The notes under the pieces were generated by a model. The model worked only from the letters and a program-made list of their open reading frames with translations, searched no databases and was not told the DNA's origin. Shown here one piece after another: positions 11,771 through 22,385 of a stretch of DNA of 64,000 nt; position 1 is the stretch's first letter; the number at the start of each line of letters is the position of its first letter. The position numbers and the translations under genes are program-made. Origin of the DNA: Piromyces finnis finn (lineage: Eukaryota; Fungi; Neocallimastigomycota); NCBI GenBank assembly GCA_002104945.1, contig MCFH01000002.1:1426001-1490000 (forward strand), read 5' to 3'.

Positions 11771-14700
11771 ATGCTTTTTAACTATGGTAAACCATTACCT
11801 TCATTTTTTGGAGGCAATTGTTTTAATGGTGCTTTAAATCATGACTTTGGTCATCCTAATCAAAGAACTGTCTCATTTAATCATGATAATAATCTTCGTG
11901 GTTGTCATGATCATCATGGTTATCATAGTCATTATGGTCATCATTATGGCTACTTTTATCATAAAAATGAACACTGTGGTAATAATTTTGGCTATGCTTT
12001 AATGCCAGATTTTCATGGTCCAAATGGATTTAATAGTTCTCATGATTCTCATGATCCTCATGGTCCAAATGGATTTAATAGTTCTCATGATCCTCATGGT
12101 CCTCATGGTCCTCATGGATTTAATAGTCCTCATGATCCTAATGATTCTCATGATCCTCATGGATTTAATAGTCCTCATGCTTATTATGGTCCTCATGCTT
12201 ATTATAACCATCATGGTCGTTATGGTCGCCATGGTCATCATGAATTTGGTCATTTATTTAAAAATCATTCTCATGGATTTCATGGTCATCATGAATTTAA
12301 AGGTCATTTTCATGATATTTGTAGTCCTCATAAATTTAATGATTCTTTTCGTCCAAAAAAACATCAACACTTCAATTCTAGCTTCGGGCATGAACTAAAA
12401 CCAACGAGACCTTTTGGTCATGGTCATTCATGTCCACCAATGAAGCACATGGTACCAATAAGACATCCACACCATTTTATGAAACCATTTAGACCATTTA
12501 ATTCATTTAGAAATTATCATCATTGTCATTCTTTAATGAAAAAATACTTATTGGGATTGGGTGATGGTCAATGGTATTATTTCATGAAAATGAATCATCA
12601 TTTCCATTCTCACGGTCATCTTCATGGACATTTTCATGGACATTTTCATGGTCATTTTCATGGACATTTTCATGGACATTTTCATGGTCATTTTCATGGA
12701 CATCTTCATGGACATCTTCATGGACATCTTCATGGACATCTTCATGGACATCTTCATAAACATTTTCATGATCGTCATTTTTACAGTTATCGTCGTCGTC
12801 ATAATATTCGTTTTTGTGCTTTTAAACCTATTTCAGTTCATCATTCTTTTGATTCTACTGATCAACAAAAGCATCATCAACACTGTCACCATAATTTTTC
12901 TCTTTACTCAAAATCATCACCACCTTTCTGTCGTTCGATCCATCATTTGATCCATCCTAGTCATTGTCGTTCTTTTGGTGAAAAATATCTACTTGAAAAT
13001 TCACGTTTTAATTGTCTTCGTCAATTTTTACAATCAATGAACAATTTTGAATGTATCAATCATAATAACATTCATAAAAATAATATTCATAAAACTAATA
13101 TTCATAAAACTAATATTCATAAAAATAATATTCATAAAAATAATATTCATAAAAATAATATTCATAAAAATAATATTCATAAAAATAATATTCATAAAAA
13201 TAATATTTATCAAGATCATATTGGACATGCATATCATCACTATGGTCATTGTTATCACTCTTTAGGATCATTTAAAAATCCATTTGAAGGACATATTGGT
13301 AATTATGGACATCACGGACATCGTCGTTGCCATTCATTAGGTCCATTTGAAAGTCATCATGGACATCATGGACATCACGGACATCGTCGTTGCCATTCAT
13401 TAGGTCCATTTGAAAGTCATCATGGACATCATGGACATCATGGACATCGTCGTTGCCATTCATTAGGTCCATTTGAAAGTCATCATGGACATCATGGACA
13501 TCATGGACATCGTTGTTGCCATTCATTAGGTCCATTTAAAAATCCATTTGAAGGACATATTGGTAATTATGGACATTACGGACATCGTCGTTGTCATTCA
13601 TTAGGTCCATTTAAAAATCCATTTGAAGGACATATTGGTAATTATGGACATTACGGACATCGTCGTTGCCATTCATTAGGTCCATTTGAAAGTCATCATG
13701 GACATCATGGACATCATGGACATCGTCGTTGCCATTCATTAGGTCCATTTAAAAATCCATTTGAAGGACATATTGGTAATTATGGACATTACGGACATCG
13801 TCGTTGCCATTCATTAGGTCCATTTGAAAGTCATCATGAACATCATGGACATCACGGACATCGTCATTGCCATTCATTAGGTCCATTTAAAAATCCATTC
13901 GAAGGACATATTGGTAATTATGGACATCATGGACATCGTCGTTGCCATTCATTAGGTCCATTTAAAAATCCATTTGAAGGACATATTGGTAATTATGGAC
14001 ATTACGGACATCGTCGTTGTCATTCATTAGGTCCATTTAAAAATCCATTTGAAGGACATATTGGTAATTATGGACATTACGGACATCGTCGTTGCCATTC
14101 ATTAGGTCCATTTGAAAGTCATCATGGACATCATGGACATCATGGACATCGTCGTTGCCATTCATTAGGTCCATTTAAAAATCCATTTGAAGGACATATT
14201 GGTAATTATGGACATTACGGACATCGTCGTTGTCATTCATTAGGTCCATTTAAAAATCCATTTGAAGGACATATTGGTAATTATGGACATTACGGACATC
14301 GTCGTTGCCATTCATTAGGTCCATTTGAAAGTCATCATGGACATCATGGACATCATGGACATCGTCGTTGCCATTCATTAGGTCCATTTAAAAATCCATT
14401 TGAAGGACATATTGGTAATTATGGACATTACGGACATCGTCGTTGTCATTCATTAGGTCCATTTAAAAATCCATTTGAAGGACATATTGGTAATTATGGA
14501 CATTACGGACATCGTCGTTGTCATTCATTAGGTCCATTTAAAAATCCATTTGAAGGACATATTGGTAATTATGGACATTACGGACATCGTCGTTGCCATT
14601 CATTAGGTCCATTTAAAAATCCATTTGAAGGACATATTGGTAATTATGGACATTACGGACATCGTCGTTGCCATTCATTAGGTCCATTTAAAAATCCATT

Positions 14701-15646
14701 TGAAGGACATATTGGTAATTATGGACATTACGGACATCGTCGTTGCCATTCATTAGGTCCATTTGAAAGTCATCATGGACATCATGGACATCATGGACAT
14801 CGTCGTTGCCATTCATTAGGTCCATTTAAAAATCCATTTGAAGGACATATTGGTAATTATGGACATTACGGACATCGTCGTTGCCATTCATTAGGTCCAT
14901 TTGAAAGTCATCATGAACATCATGGACATCATGGACATCGTCATTGCCATTCATTAGGTCCATTTAAAAATCCATTCGAAGGACATATTGGTAATTATGG
15001 ACATCATGGACATCGTCGTTGTCATTCATTAGGACCATTTAAAAATCCATTTGAAGGACATATTATAAATAAATATAAAAATAAATGTAAAAATAAATGT
15101 AAAAATAAATGGAAGAATAAATGTCACAAAGGTTGGTATTCTATAAATTTATTTAAACATCGTTGTCATCATCATCTTTATCATCATCATTGTCATCGTG
15201 GCCGTTCATTATATCGTAATAAACACTGTCATTTCTTAAATTCATTTGTTCCATTTGATTGGCATCATTCAATGAAAAATCATTCAATGAAAAATCATTC
15301 AATGAAAAAGATGAGTAGATCCTTACCGGTCATTAAGCAAAATGAAAATAACTATTACATTTATGTTTATTTATCTGGATTAGAAAAAGATCAAATTAAA
15401 ATTAAATATAATAAAAAGCATATTTTATCTATTATTGGAAAGGATCCTAATGAAAAAGATAAAAAGAAAAAAAATAATAAGGAAAGAGAGACTAAAAGCA
15501 AAGCTCACTTGAAAAAACATATACAAGAAAATATTAAAGAAACCACAAAGATAAAGATTCCAGATGATGCTGATCTTATGAATATTACATCAAAAATGAC
15601 CAATAATGGTTTGTTAGTAATAAAAATTAATAAAATTAAAAAATAA
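11771..15646 (+). CDS. His/Gly/Cys-rich repeat protein with C-terminal Hsp20/alpha-crystallin-like domain (1291 aa, long paralog)
   Basis: Intronless ORF, near-identical to 7779-10124 outside repeat-number differences; same ACD-like C-terminus. Confidence 0.8.
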   Translation: MLFNYGKPLPSFFGGNCFNGALNHDFGHPNQRTVSFNHDNNLRGCHDHHGYHSHYGHHYGYFYHKNEHCGNNFGYALMPDFHGPNGFNSSHDSHDPHGPNGFNSSHDPHGPHGPHGFNSPHDPNDSHDPHGFNSPHAYYGPHAYYNHHGRYGRHGHHEFGHLFKNHSHGFHGHHEFKGHFHDICSPHKFNDSFRPKKHQHFNSSFGHELKPTRPFGHGHSCPPMKHMVPIRHPHHFMKPFRPFNSFRNYHHCHSLMKKYLLGLGDGQWYYFMKMNHHFHSHGHLHGHFHGHFHGHFHGHFHGHFHGHFHGHLHGHLHGHLHGHLHGHLHKHFHDRHFYSYRRRHNIRFCAFKPISVHHSFDSTDQQKHHQHCHHNFSLYSKSSPPFCRSIHHLIHPSHCRSFGEKYLLENSRFNCLRQFLQSMNNFECINHNNIHKNNIHKTNIHKTNIHKNNIHKNNIHKNNIHKNNIHKNNIHKNNIYQDHIGHAYHHYGHCYHSLGSFKNPFEGHIGNYGHHGHRRCHSLGPFESHHGHHGHHGHRRCHSLGPFESHHGHHGHHGHRRCHSLGPFESHHGHHGHHGHRCCHSLGPFKNPFEGHIGNYGHYGHRRCHSLGPFKNPFEGHIGNYGHYGHRRCHSLGPFESHHGHHGHHGHRRCHSLGPFKNPFEGHIGNYGHYGHRRCHSLGPFESHHEHHGHHGHRHCHSLGPFKNPFEGHIGNYGHHGHRRCHSLGPFKNPFEGHIGNYGHYGHRRCHSLGPFKNPFEGHIGNYGHYGHRRCHSLGPFESHHGHHGHHGHRRCHSLGPFKNPFEGHIGNYGHYGHRRCHSLGPFKNPFEGHIGNYGHYGHRRCHSLGPFESHHGHHGHHGHRRCHSLGPFKNPFEGHIGNYGHYGHRRCHSLGPFKNPFEGHIGNYGHYGHRRCHSLGPFKNPFEGHIGNYGHYGHRRCHSLGPFKNPFEGHIGNYGHYGHRRCHSLGPFKNPFEGHIGNYGHYGHRRCHSLGPFESHHGHHGHHGHRRCHSLGPFKNPFEGHIGNYGHYGHRRCHSLGPFESHHEHHGHHGHRHCHSLGPFKNPFEGHIGNYGHHGHRRCHSLGPFKNPFEGHIINKYKNKCKNKCKNKWKNKCHKGWYSINLFKHRCHHHLYHHHCHRGRSLYRNKHCHFLNSFVPFDWHHSMKNHSMKNHSMKKMSRSLPVIKQNENNYYIYVYLSGLEKDQIKIKYNKKHILSIIGKDPNEKDKKKKNNKERETKSKAHLKKHIQENIKETTKIKIPDDADLMNITSKMTNNGLLVIKINKIKK
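13255..15065 (+). repeat. Coding tandem array of 75-nt (HSLGPFKNPFEGHIGNYGHYGHRRC) and 63-nt (HSLGPFESHHGHHGHHGHRRC) units
   Basis: 25 complete units (16 A-type, 9 B-type) plus a partial unit, counted from the translation. The left paralog has 4 complete units plus a partial unit. Confidence 0.95.
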
Positions 15647-15889
15647 AAATTTAATTATTTTAATAATAAGATAATAGTTTTTTTTTTTAAAAAAAAAAAA
15701 AAAAAATTCATATTAATATATATCAATAAATAATTAAATATAATTATTAAAATACACAGAAATAAAAGAAATTAAATAATAATTATATTATACATTGTAT
15801 TTAATATAATATATATTTTTTCGTTTTGATAATTTTTTATACTATATATTTTTTATTGATATTTTATAATTTTTTTTTTATGGGATTAA

Positions 15890-17170
15890 GATAATTTACA
15901 ATATTTTTATCTTAAATTCGGAGTTCATAAAGCTGTATCGTTTATATCTTTATACTTTATCTCAAAAGATTTGAATATTCCTCCATTGTCAGCCAAATGT
16001 GCGTTAGCTCAGGTTAGATGTTTTAACAAATGGAAAAACTCAAATTGTATTATCTCATACCTTGTCAATTACATTCCTAAATTTAGAAAATATACGTGGT
16101 GCAAATCAAGTAGGACACTTGATAAAAAACTAAAGAAGCATGGAGATGTTAAAGCAGTTAAAAACTTTTATTGGAAAGATCTCAAAGGGAATTCAATCAA
16201 AGCGCAATATTATGATGATAATAAATTTATTGAAACTAAAGATTTTATTAAATTATGTTATGAGTACCCAGAGTTTGCCTATGGCTTCTACTGGCTATTG
16301 AAAGCAAGAAGCGGATACAAGTTGGATGCTAGAGTTGCCAAAGCTGCTAAAATTGTTGATCCAGTTTGTCCTAACTACTGTCCATGTTGCAAGTGTGGTT
16401 TTCAAAGTATTAAACATTGGTTATTAGATTGTCCAACATTTAGAGATATCCGTATTAAACATTATGATTCCATAGTCCAGCTATTAAATTTTTTCAGTTA
16501 ACGTAATTCCAACAGTCCTATCAATAATAATGAAAATATTAATATCAGTAGAGATAGCAATAACATTAATAGTAATAGTAACAATAGTAATAATAACAAT
16601 AACAATAGTAATAGTAACAATAGTAATAGTAACAATAGTAATAATAACAATAGTAGTAATAGAAATAATAATATTAGTAATGATAGCAATAGTGATGATA
16701 ATAATTCTAATTTAGATAGTAATTTAGTTAATGATAGTAATAGTTCTAATAATCCGGTGAATATTAATGTGTATGATTATTCTAGTGTGTGCAGTAAAAT
16801 ATTTAAATTCCTTCTTGGGGGAAGAAGTTTTAACAATATCAATTACAATTCAAGGGAATGGAAAGTACTTTACAAGTGTCAGATTCAATCGGGCACTTAC
16901 GAAGGAACACCATTCTTGACGGTAACCGCGGAACTTCTAACCAAAATCATGCCTTTTGCTATTGGCCAGCAATGGTTAATGTTCAAAAGGTTTGAAGCAA
17001 CATCCAAGAGCGTCAATGCTGAAGAAACAGTATGACAGGCCAGGAGGGCCAGCGCAACCAATGGAGATCATAATTTTGTCCCATGATAAAATTTTGATTT
17101 TTGGCTCGGTGTCCCATTGGAAGTCAAATACAATTATTATACTTTAGTATGATAGTGGCTTTCTTACTTT
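15890..17170 (+). mobile_element. 5'-truncated non-LTR retrotransposon (LINE-like) remnant: C-terminal ORF2 region with CCHC zinc knuckle plus 3' UTR
   Basis: CPCCKCGFQSIKHWLLDCPTFRDIR resembles the C-x2-C...H-x4-C motif at the end of LINE ORF2. ORFs 15971-16501 and 16757-17035 are in the same frame, separated by a single TAA (16499-16501) and an Asn/Ser-rich stretch. The GC-richer 3' segment 17036-17125 contains inverted repeats. No RT core is present. Confidence 0.6.
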
Positions 17171-17615
17171 AATTAAAATTACTAGAATACATTATACCCA
17201 ATTTTTATTCATTTGTGTTTATTTAAACATATATTTTTTTTATTTTTATTTTTATTTTTAATTTTTTTATTACATGTATTATAATGTTAATTAAATTAAC
17301 AATAAAGTTTAAAATATTTGATGCCGTTAAAAAAAAAAAAAAAAAAAAAAATTAAGATAAACTAAATATTTATATAGCTTTATTATTAAGTTTAAGAGTT
17401 AAATGTTAGATAACACAACTTATATTGAAAATAACATATATATATCCTTATAATTAATAATAAAAAAAAAAACTTATTTATTAAATACAATTAATAAAAA
17501 CAACTAATACAAAAATGTTCTAACAAATAGTGTTAATAATAATTTTTTTTTTTTTTTCCTTTATGTTATACTATATTTTTTATATTATTATTATATTTTA
17601 TATTTTATTTAATTG

Positions 17616-17650
<35 letters not shown>

Positions 17651-18104
17651 AATAAAAATAAAAAGAAAGAAATAATAATAATCAAACACTTGAAAAATTA
17701 AAATTTTACTGTTTAAAAAAAAAAAAAAGGCATTATATATTAGTCGGTATATTTAAAAAATTTAAAAATTATTTATTTCATTAATACATTATTATTAATA
17801 ACAAATGATTATATTATTGATATATATATATAAAGGTATATTAGGTTTAAATTAAAAAAAAAAAAAAAAAAAAAAGGTAATTAATTAATTATAAAACATA
17901 AAGTTTTCTACTTCTTTTAAATATTTATACATATTTGCTTTTACTTTATTTATTATTTATTTATTAAAACAATATTGACTTTTTGTTTTATAGAATTTCT
18001 TCTTCTTCTTTATTAAAGTTATATTATTTTTTATTACTTTTTTTTTTTTTGCTTTTCTATTTTAATGATAATATAAATAAATAAATAAAAAAAAATCAAA
18101 TATT

Positions 18105-21100
18105 TTAATTTTTCTTATTAAAACTTGAACTATATCTTTCAGCAAGACGATCTATACTTAAACCAAGAACACAAACATCTTTGTATAATGAATTAAAAGT
18201 TTTAGAATGACGTTTAAACGAATTTGTTGATTGAATTGGAAGTGTTGAAGTTGTAATTTGTTGTATAGGTACTGAGTATGATGAAGTTGTTGTGGAAATT
18301 GAGATGGACAAGTTAGATGCTTTTGATTTCAATGAATAATATTCATCATTCATTTCTGATGGTTTTAATTCTGGGGTAATTGGATTTGAGAAAATGGACT
18401 CATTATAACCATCATTGACTAAAACTTTATTATTAATACATTTTTCATATTCTTTCACCTTTTTTTTTGATATTTGTGGGTCATTATCATATTGTAAATA
18501 AGAATCTTTTTCTAAAACATTATTTGTAGTATAAGTAATATTTTTATGCAAATTTTGTTGCATCTTGTTTTTGGTCTCATAATTCGATTTTACTATGCTG
18601 ATAATCTGATCTTTCACAAATTGCTCTTGCGGTTTCAATTTATATAATAAACTTACTGTACGTTTACTTCTGGGTAAGATATGTTTATTTGATGCTGTTT
18701 TATCAAATTTTTTTATAAATACACTTGAATTTTTCCTATTAATATCATTTGCAATAGGTAAAATTTCACTATTGGATCTTTTAGTTTCAATAACAGGATG
18801 AAGACTAGACAATGAACAATCTGGTAATTGTAATGAATACTGCATTGATTTATTTGGAGATATAAAAGAAGAAGATAAGTTAGGTGACTTAAGTTTTCTT
18901 GATCCTCTTATATTACTAGTTATTTTTCTACTGAAATCATTTGAATGATGATGATGATGTCTATCCTGGTCTTTAGGAGAAGCTAATTGATCACCAAAAT
19001 AAATTGGTACAGTAAGTGTGGCTGATGAAGTGTACACCATAGATCGTTCATTTCCTTTCTTACTATGAGTTAAAGTAAGCATCCATTTTTTGATTTGATC
19101 GCTGAACTTAGTAGTAAGATTCTTATTTTTCCATTTATTCTCATTACTACAAGCAATACAGGGTATCAATGGAGAAAGAACAGAATCTTTACAAGTATGA
19201 ATTTGAAAATTAGTAATATTAGTACTATCATCAGGTTCTAATAACTCTATAGGTAAATAATTATAAGTTGATGTCTTTTCAGAACACTTTGTATCAATTA
19301 TTTGAATATTACTTTTTTGTGGTTGAGGTATAATTTGATTTTGTGGTATATTGTTGATTGAATTCATGGTATCATTGGCTGCAGTAGAACCGGCAGTTGA
19401 ATGATTAGTTTTTGGCGTTAACATGGAAACATCAAAATATCTCTCATCAATACTGATATCATAATCTTTCATTGCATAAGCTTTAATCATACTACTATTT
19501 TCTGGAACATCAATCAACTTTGGTTGGGTTTGATGAAAGGTAGGAAGGGATGACATTTTACCATTTAAATTAAGTAAAGATTTATAGGTTTTGGTTTTAT
19601 TTGATTGATTCATTGATGTAATATCATTTTCTACATTACTAATAACTGTATCCTTGAATTCGAGTGAGGTAAAAGTTGTATCAATCATAATACTTTCTTC
19701 GCTTTTTTCTACTATTTTTGTTTGCTTATTATTTATTGAATAACTGACATTTTTATTTTTATTATCTTTAATTTTCTTGACTTTAGAAGACTGTTGTTCC
19801 ATGGACTTTTCATTGTTGGAATATGATAGCCCGAGATAATAATTATCATAAAATGAATCATTTTGCTCGCAATTTAGATTTTCACTATTACCTTTATTTG
19901 TTTTATCGAAAGATGTGTTAGAATTATCACAATTTGAAAATGTATCGTTATGTGGATTACCATCGTTTTTTGTAATATTACCGGAACTTTCAATGTTTTC
20001 AAATTTCTTTTGCCACTGTTTTCGCCTTTGAATATTTTTACGTTTACGAGCTTTATCCAATAAAGGTTTAATATCTTCACTACAACTTTTCTTTTTTTCT
20101 GAATTACTATTTCTCGAAAGATTATTTTGTGTATTCAATTGACCATTTAATTTATCTTTTATGCTAGTTATTGATTCATTCTTTATATCAATTATTGATT
20201 CTTCTTTTTTATTAATCGTTGGTTCATCTTGTATATCAGCCTTTGATAATTTCCTTATACAATGTAAAGAAGAATTTCTAACGAAAGGAAGACGATAACT
20301 ACTAATTTCTTTTTGTTCATTATTGTGATCTGTGGTAATATTATATCTTGCTTTCATTGTTACATCACTACTCCAATGTGAGTCTGTTGTTATTTTAGAT
20401 TGTTCATCTTCCAAGTAAGATGGTTTATTTAAATGATATTTAATAAAAGTAAAAGAATTAGAAATTAATGACTCATTTGGAGCTTCATCCTTAATATTAG
20501 ATTGATTTTCAGAAGATAAATTACTTTTCGAATCAAGAATATTTCTATTAGTGGTATCTAGGAATAGTGAATTAGAATCATTTAGATTATTAAAATCAAT
20601 TGTCGTCATTATATTACTACTAATTTGATTAGGTATATCATTATGTGAATTAATATTAGTTGTAATATTCGTTGCAGGTGTAATATTGGAATTAGCGTTA
20701 ATACTTTCAGAATTTATTGATGTTGAAATAATTTGAGATTGTAATGAGGGAAATTTTATTTCATGGACTGTCATTTTTGATAATTTTTTTTCATCTTTTT
20801 GATTTAATTTTTTAGAATCTTGCTTAAAGACGGCTTTTAAGGATTTATTTTTTATATTTTGTAAGAATAATTTTGGATTTGATTTTTTCTTGGTAAGAGA
20901 ATCAAGATCATAGAAACAATTGATTTCTTTTGATTCTCCATCCTTATAATTATTTGAACAATTACCATTATTACTATCTTGAACAGATTTTGAGCTTTGA
21001 TCATCAAGAGAATTTGATGACCGTTTTTTCTGTACACTATTTACTTCTTCGATTAAGGAATCTGACACAATTTGATGTCTAGCAATCAATTTTTGATTTA

Positions 21101-22385
21101 TGAGAGTAGTGTTTTTTAAGGAGGGTAAAGAAGGAGAATGAATAATCATATGGTTAGTTTGTGTTATTTTTGTACTGCCAAAAGTTTGGTGAATAATTTC
21201 AGGCGAAGTTGCAATACCTGCAGTCATAGTTGTTGTTTCTACGATTTTCCATGGCCCCTTTACACCTTGAACGATGGAGGTATCCTGAATAATAGGATGA
21301 CAACTCCTCGTTATTATACCCATGCGTTTTTTATTAATTTTAACTAAATTGAGATCCTTACTACCTCTTTTTTTATTTTTTTTTATTTTTTTTTCTTTTA
21401 TATATGTTTCAGATGATTCTTGGAAAGAATTTTGACTATTTTGACTATCACTTCTTTTTCTCTTTTCACGAGAACTTTCAGTAATAATTGTAGTATTACT
21501 CTTTTCAATATTCTCTGATTTTACTTCATCTACCAATGAAGAATTATTTAGTTCAATCATATCTGATGAAAAGGTATTTGATAAACTTGTATCTTTTCCT
21601 AATGTTGCTTGAGTCGAACTTGGCGTATGAATAACATTTAATGGTTTAATTTCATCTTCATTAATGATTTCAACACTATTTTGTCCTTCAATATTTAATA
21701 AATTAGAACTTTCTTTAGAAAAAGATGTATTGATAGAAATGATTTCTTTTTCATTTTCTTCGCTAATACTATCTGTTGTTTCAAAACCTTCATTTTCAAG
21801 GATTTCACCTATTTGACTTATTGTCGATATATGTTTAGGTTTATATGTAATTAAACTACTATCTACTTCTATATTAGAGATTTGCGTTGGTGTTTGAAGT
21901 TGATCTGGTACTTGAGATATACAAGCTGTTTTTTCTTCTGATGCTTCGGTTTTAGGTACTTCAATATTGGAATTTGAATGAATTTTTTTCAAATTTTGTG
22001 GTTCAAGAGAATTTGGGCGACTAAATACTTGAATCTTTCTCTTTCTACTATTAATTTGTTCTTCAAATGGGTTTATTGATGATTGAATGAATTCAATGGT
22101 TTTTGCATCATAATGCGGATTTTGTACCATATTATCTTGATTATTTAAATTTGAAGGTGCACGGCTAATTGCCATTTGTTTTTGATATGAAACAAAGTAA
22201 TATCCTTGTTCATGTATTGGCTTATCATCTTCGTTTTTTTTATTTTTTTTATTTTGTTTTTTCTTATTTGATATTTTAAAAATAAAAGGAAAATGAAAAC
22301 CATTTTTTGATTTTCCTTCTATTATCGTTGATTCCTTTGATTTATTTTTTGCTTTATATCTCCTTTTAATATTAAATATACCCAT
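18105..22385 (-). CDS. Hypothetical low-complexity Ser/Asn/Lys-rich protein (1426 aa), single exon
   Basis: 4.3-kb uninterrupted ORF in AT-rich DNA; no domain recognised. Confidence 0.75.
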   Translation of the reverse strand: MGIFNIKRRYKAKNKSKESTIIEGKSKNGFHFPFIFKISNKKKQNKKNKKNEDDKPIHEQGYYFVSYQKQMAISRAPSNLNNQDNMVQNPHYDAKTIEFIQSSINPFEEQINSRKRKIQVFSRPNSLEPQNLKKIHSNSNIEVPKTEASEEKTACISQVPDQLQTPTQISNIEVDSSLITYKPKHISTISQIGEILENEGFETTDSISEENEKEIISINTSFSKESSNLLNIEGQNSVEIINEDEIKPLNVIHTPSSTQATLGKDTSLSNTFSSDMIELNNSSLVDEVKSENIEKSNTTIITESSREKRKRSDSQNSQNSFQESSETYIKEKKIKKNKKRGSKDLNLVKINKKRMGIITRSCHPIIQDTSIVQGVKGPWKIVETTTMTAGIATSPEIIHQTFGSTKITQTNHMIIHSPSLPSLKNTTLINQKLIARHQIVSDSLIEEVNSVQKKRSSNSLDDQSSKSVQDSNNGNCSNNYKDGESKEINCFYDLDSLTKKKSNPKLFLQNIKNKSLKAVFKQDSKKLNQKDEKKLSKMTVHEIKFPSLQSQIISTSINSESINANSNITPATNITTNINSHNDIPNQISSNIMTTIDFNNLNDSNSLFLDTTNRNILDSKSNLSSENQSNIKDEAPNESLISNSFTFIKYHLNKPSYLEDEQSKITTDSHWSSDVTMKARYNITTDHNNEQKEISSYRLPFVRNSSLHCIRKLSKADIQDEPTINKKEESIIDIKNESITSIKDKLNGQLNTQNNLSRNSNSEKKKSCSEDIKPLLDKARKRKNIQRRKQWQKKFENIESSGNITKNDGNPHNDTFSNCDNSNTSFDKTNKGNSENLNCEQNDSFYDNYYLGLSYSNNEKSMEQQSSKVKKIKDNKNKNVSYSINNKQTKIVEKSEESIMIDTTFTSLEFKDTVISNVENDITSMNQSNKTKTYKSLLNLNGKMSSLPTFHQTQPKLIDVPENSSMIKAYAMKDYDISIDERYFDVSMLTPKTNHSTAGSTAANDTMNSINNIPQNQIIPQPQKSNIQIIDTKCSEKTSTYNYLPIELLEPDDSTNITNFQIHTCKDSVLSPLIPCIACSNENKWKNKNLTTKFSDQIKKWMLTLTHSKKGNERSMVYTSSATLTVPIYFGDQLASPKDQDRHHHHHSNDFSRKITSNIRGSRKLKSPNLSSSFISPNKSMQYSLQLPDCSLSSLHPVIETKRSNSEILPIANDINRKNSSVFIKKFDKTASNKHILPRSKRTVSLLYKLKPQEQFVKDQIISIVKSNYETKNKMQQNLHKNITYTTNNVLEKDSYLQYDNDPQISKKKVKEYEKCINNKVLVNDGYNESIFSNPITPELKPSEMNDEYYSLKSKASNLSISISTTTSSYSVPIQQITTSTLPIQSTNSFKRHSKTFNSLYKDVCVLGLSIDRLAERYSSSFNKKN

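Larger units (their letters stand above)
11302..15850 (+). repeat. Right arm of large inverted repeat
   Basis: Starts at ATTCTATAGAAACTC (11302) and ends ~15850 (TTTTATACTATATATT). It is longer than the left arm because of coding-repeat expansion. Confidence 0.95.

Noticed and set aside
8477-13535. Many Met/Ile/Asp-rich ORFs overlapping the His-rich genes (e.g. 8477-8677, 9060-9302, 9452-9880, 12015-12398, 13272-13535)
   Set aside because: Shadow frames of CAT/ATG-rich coding repeats; no independent features.
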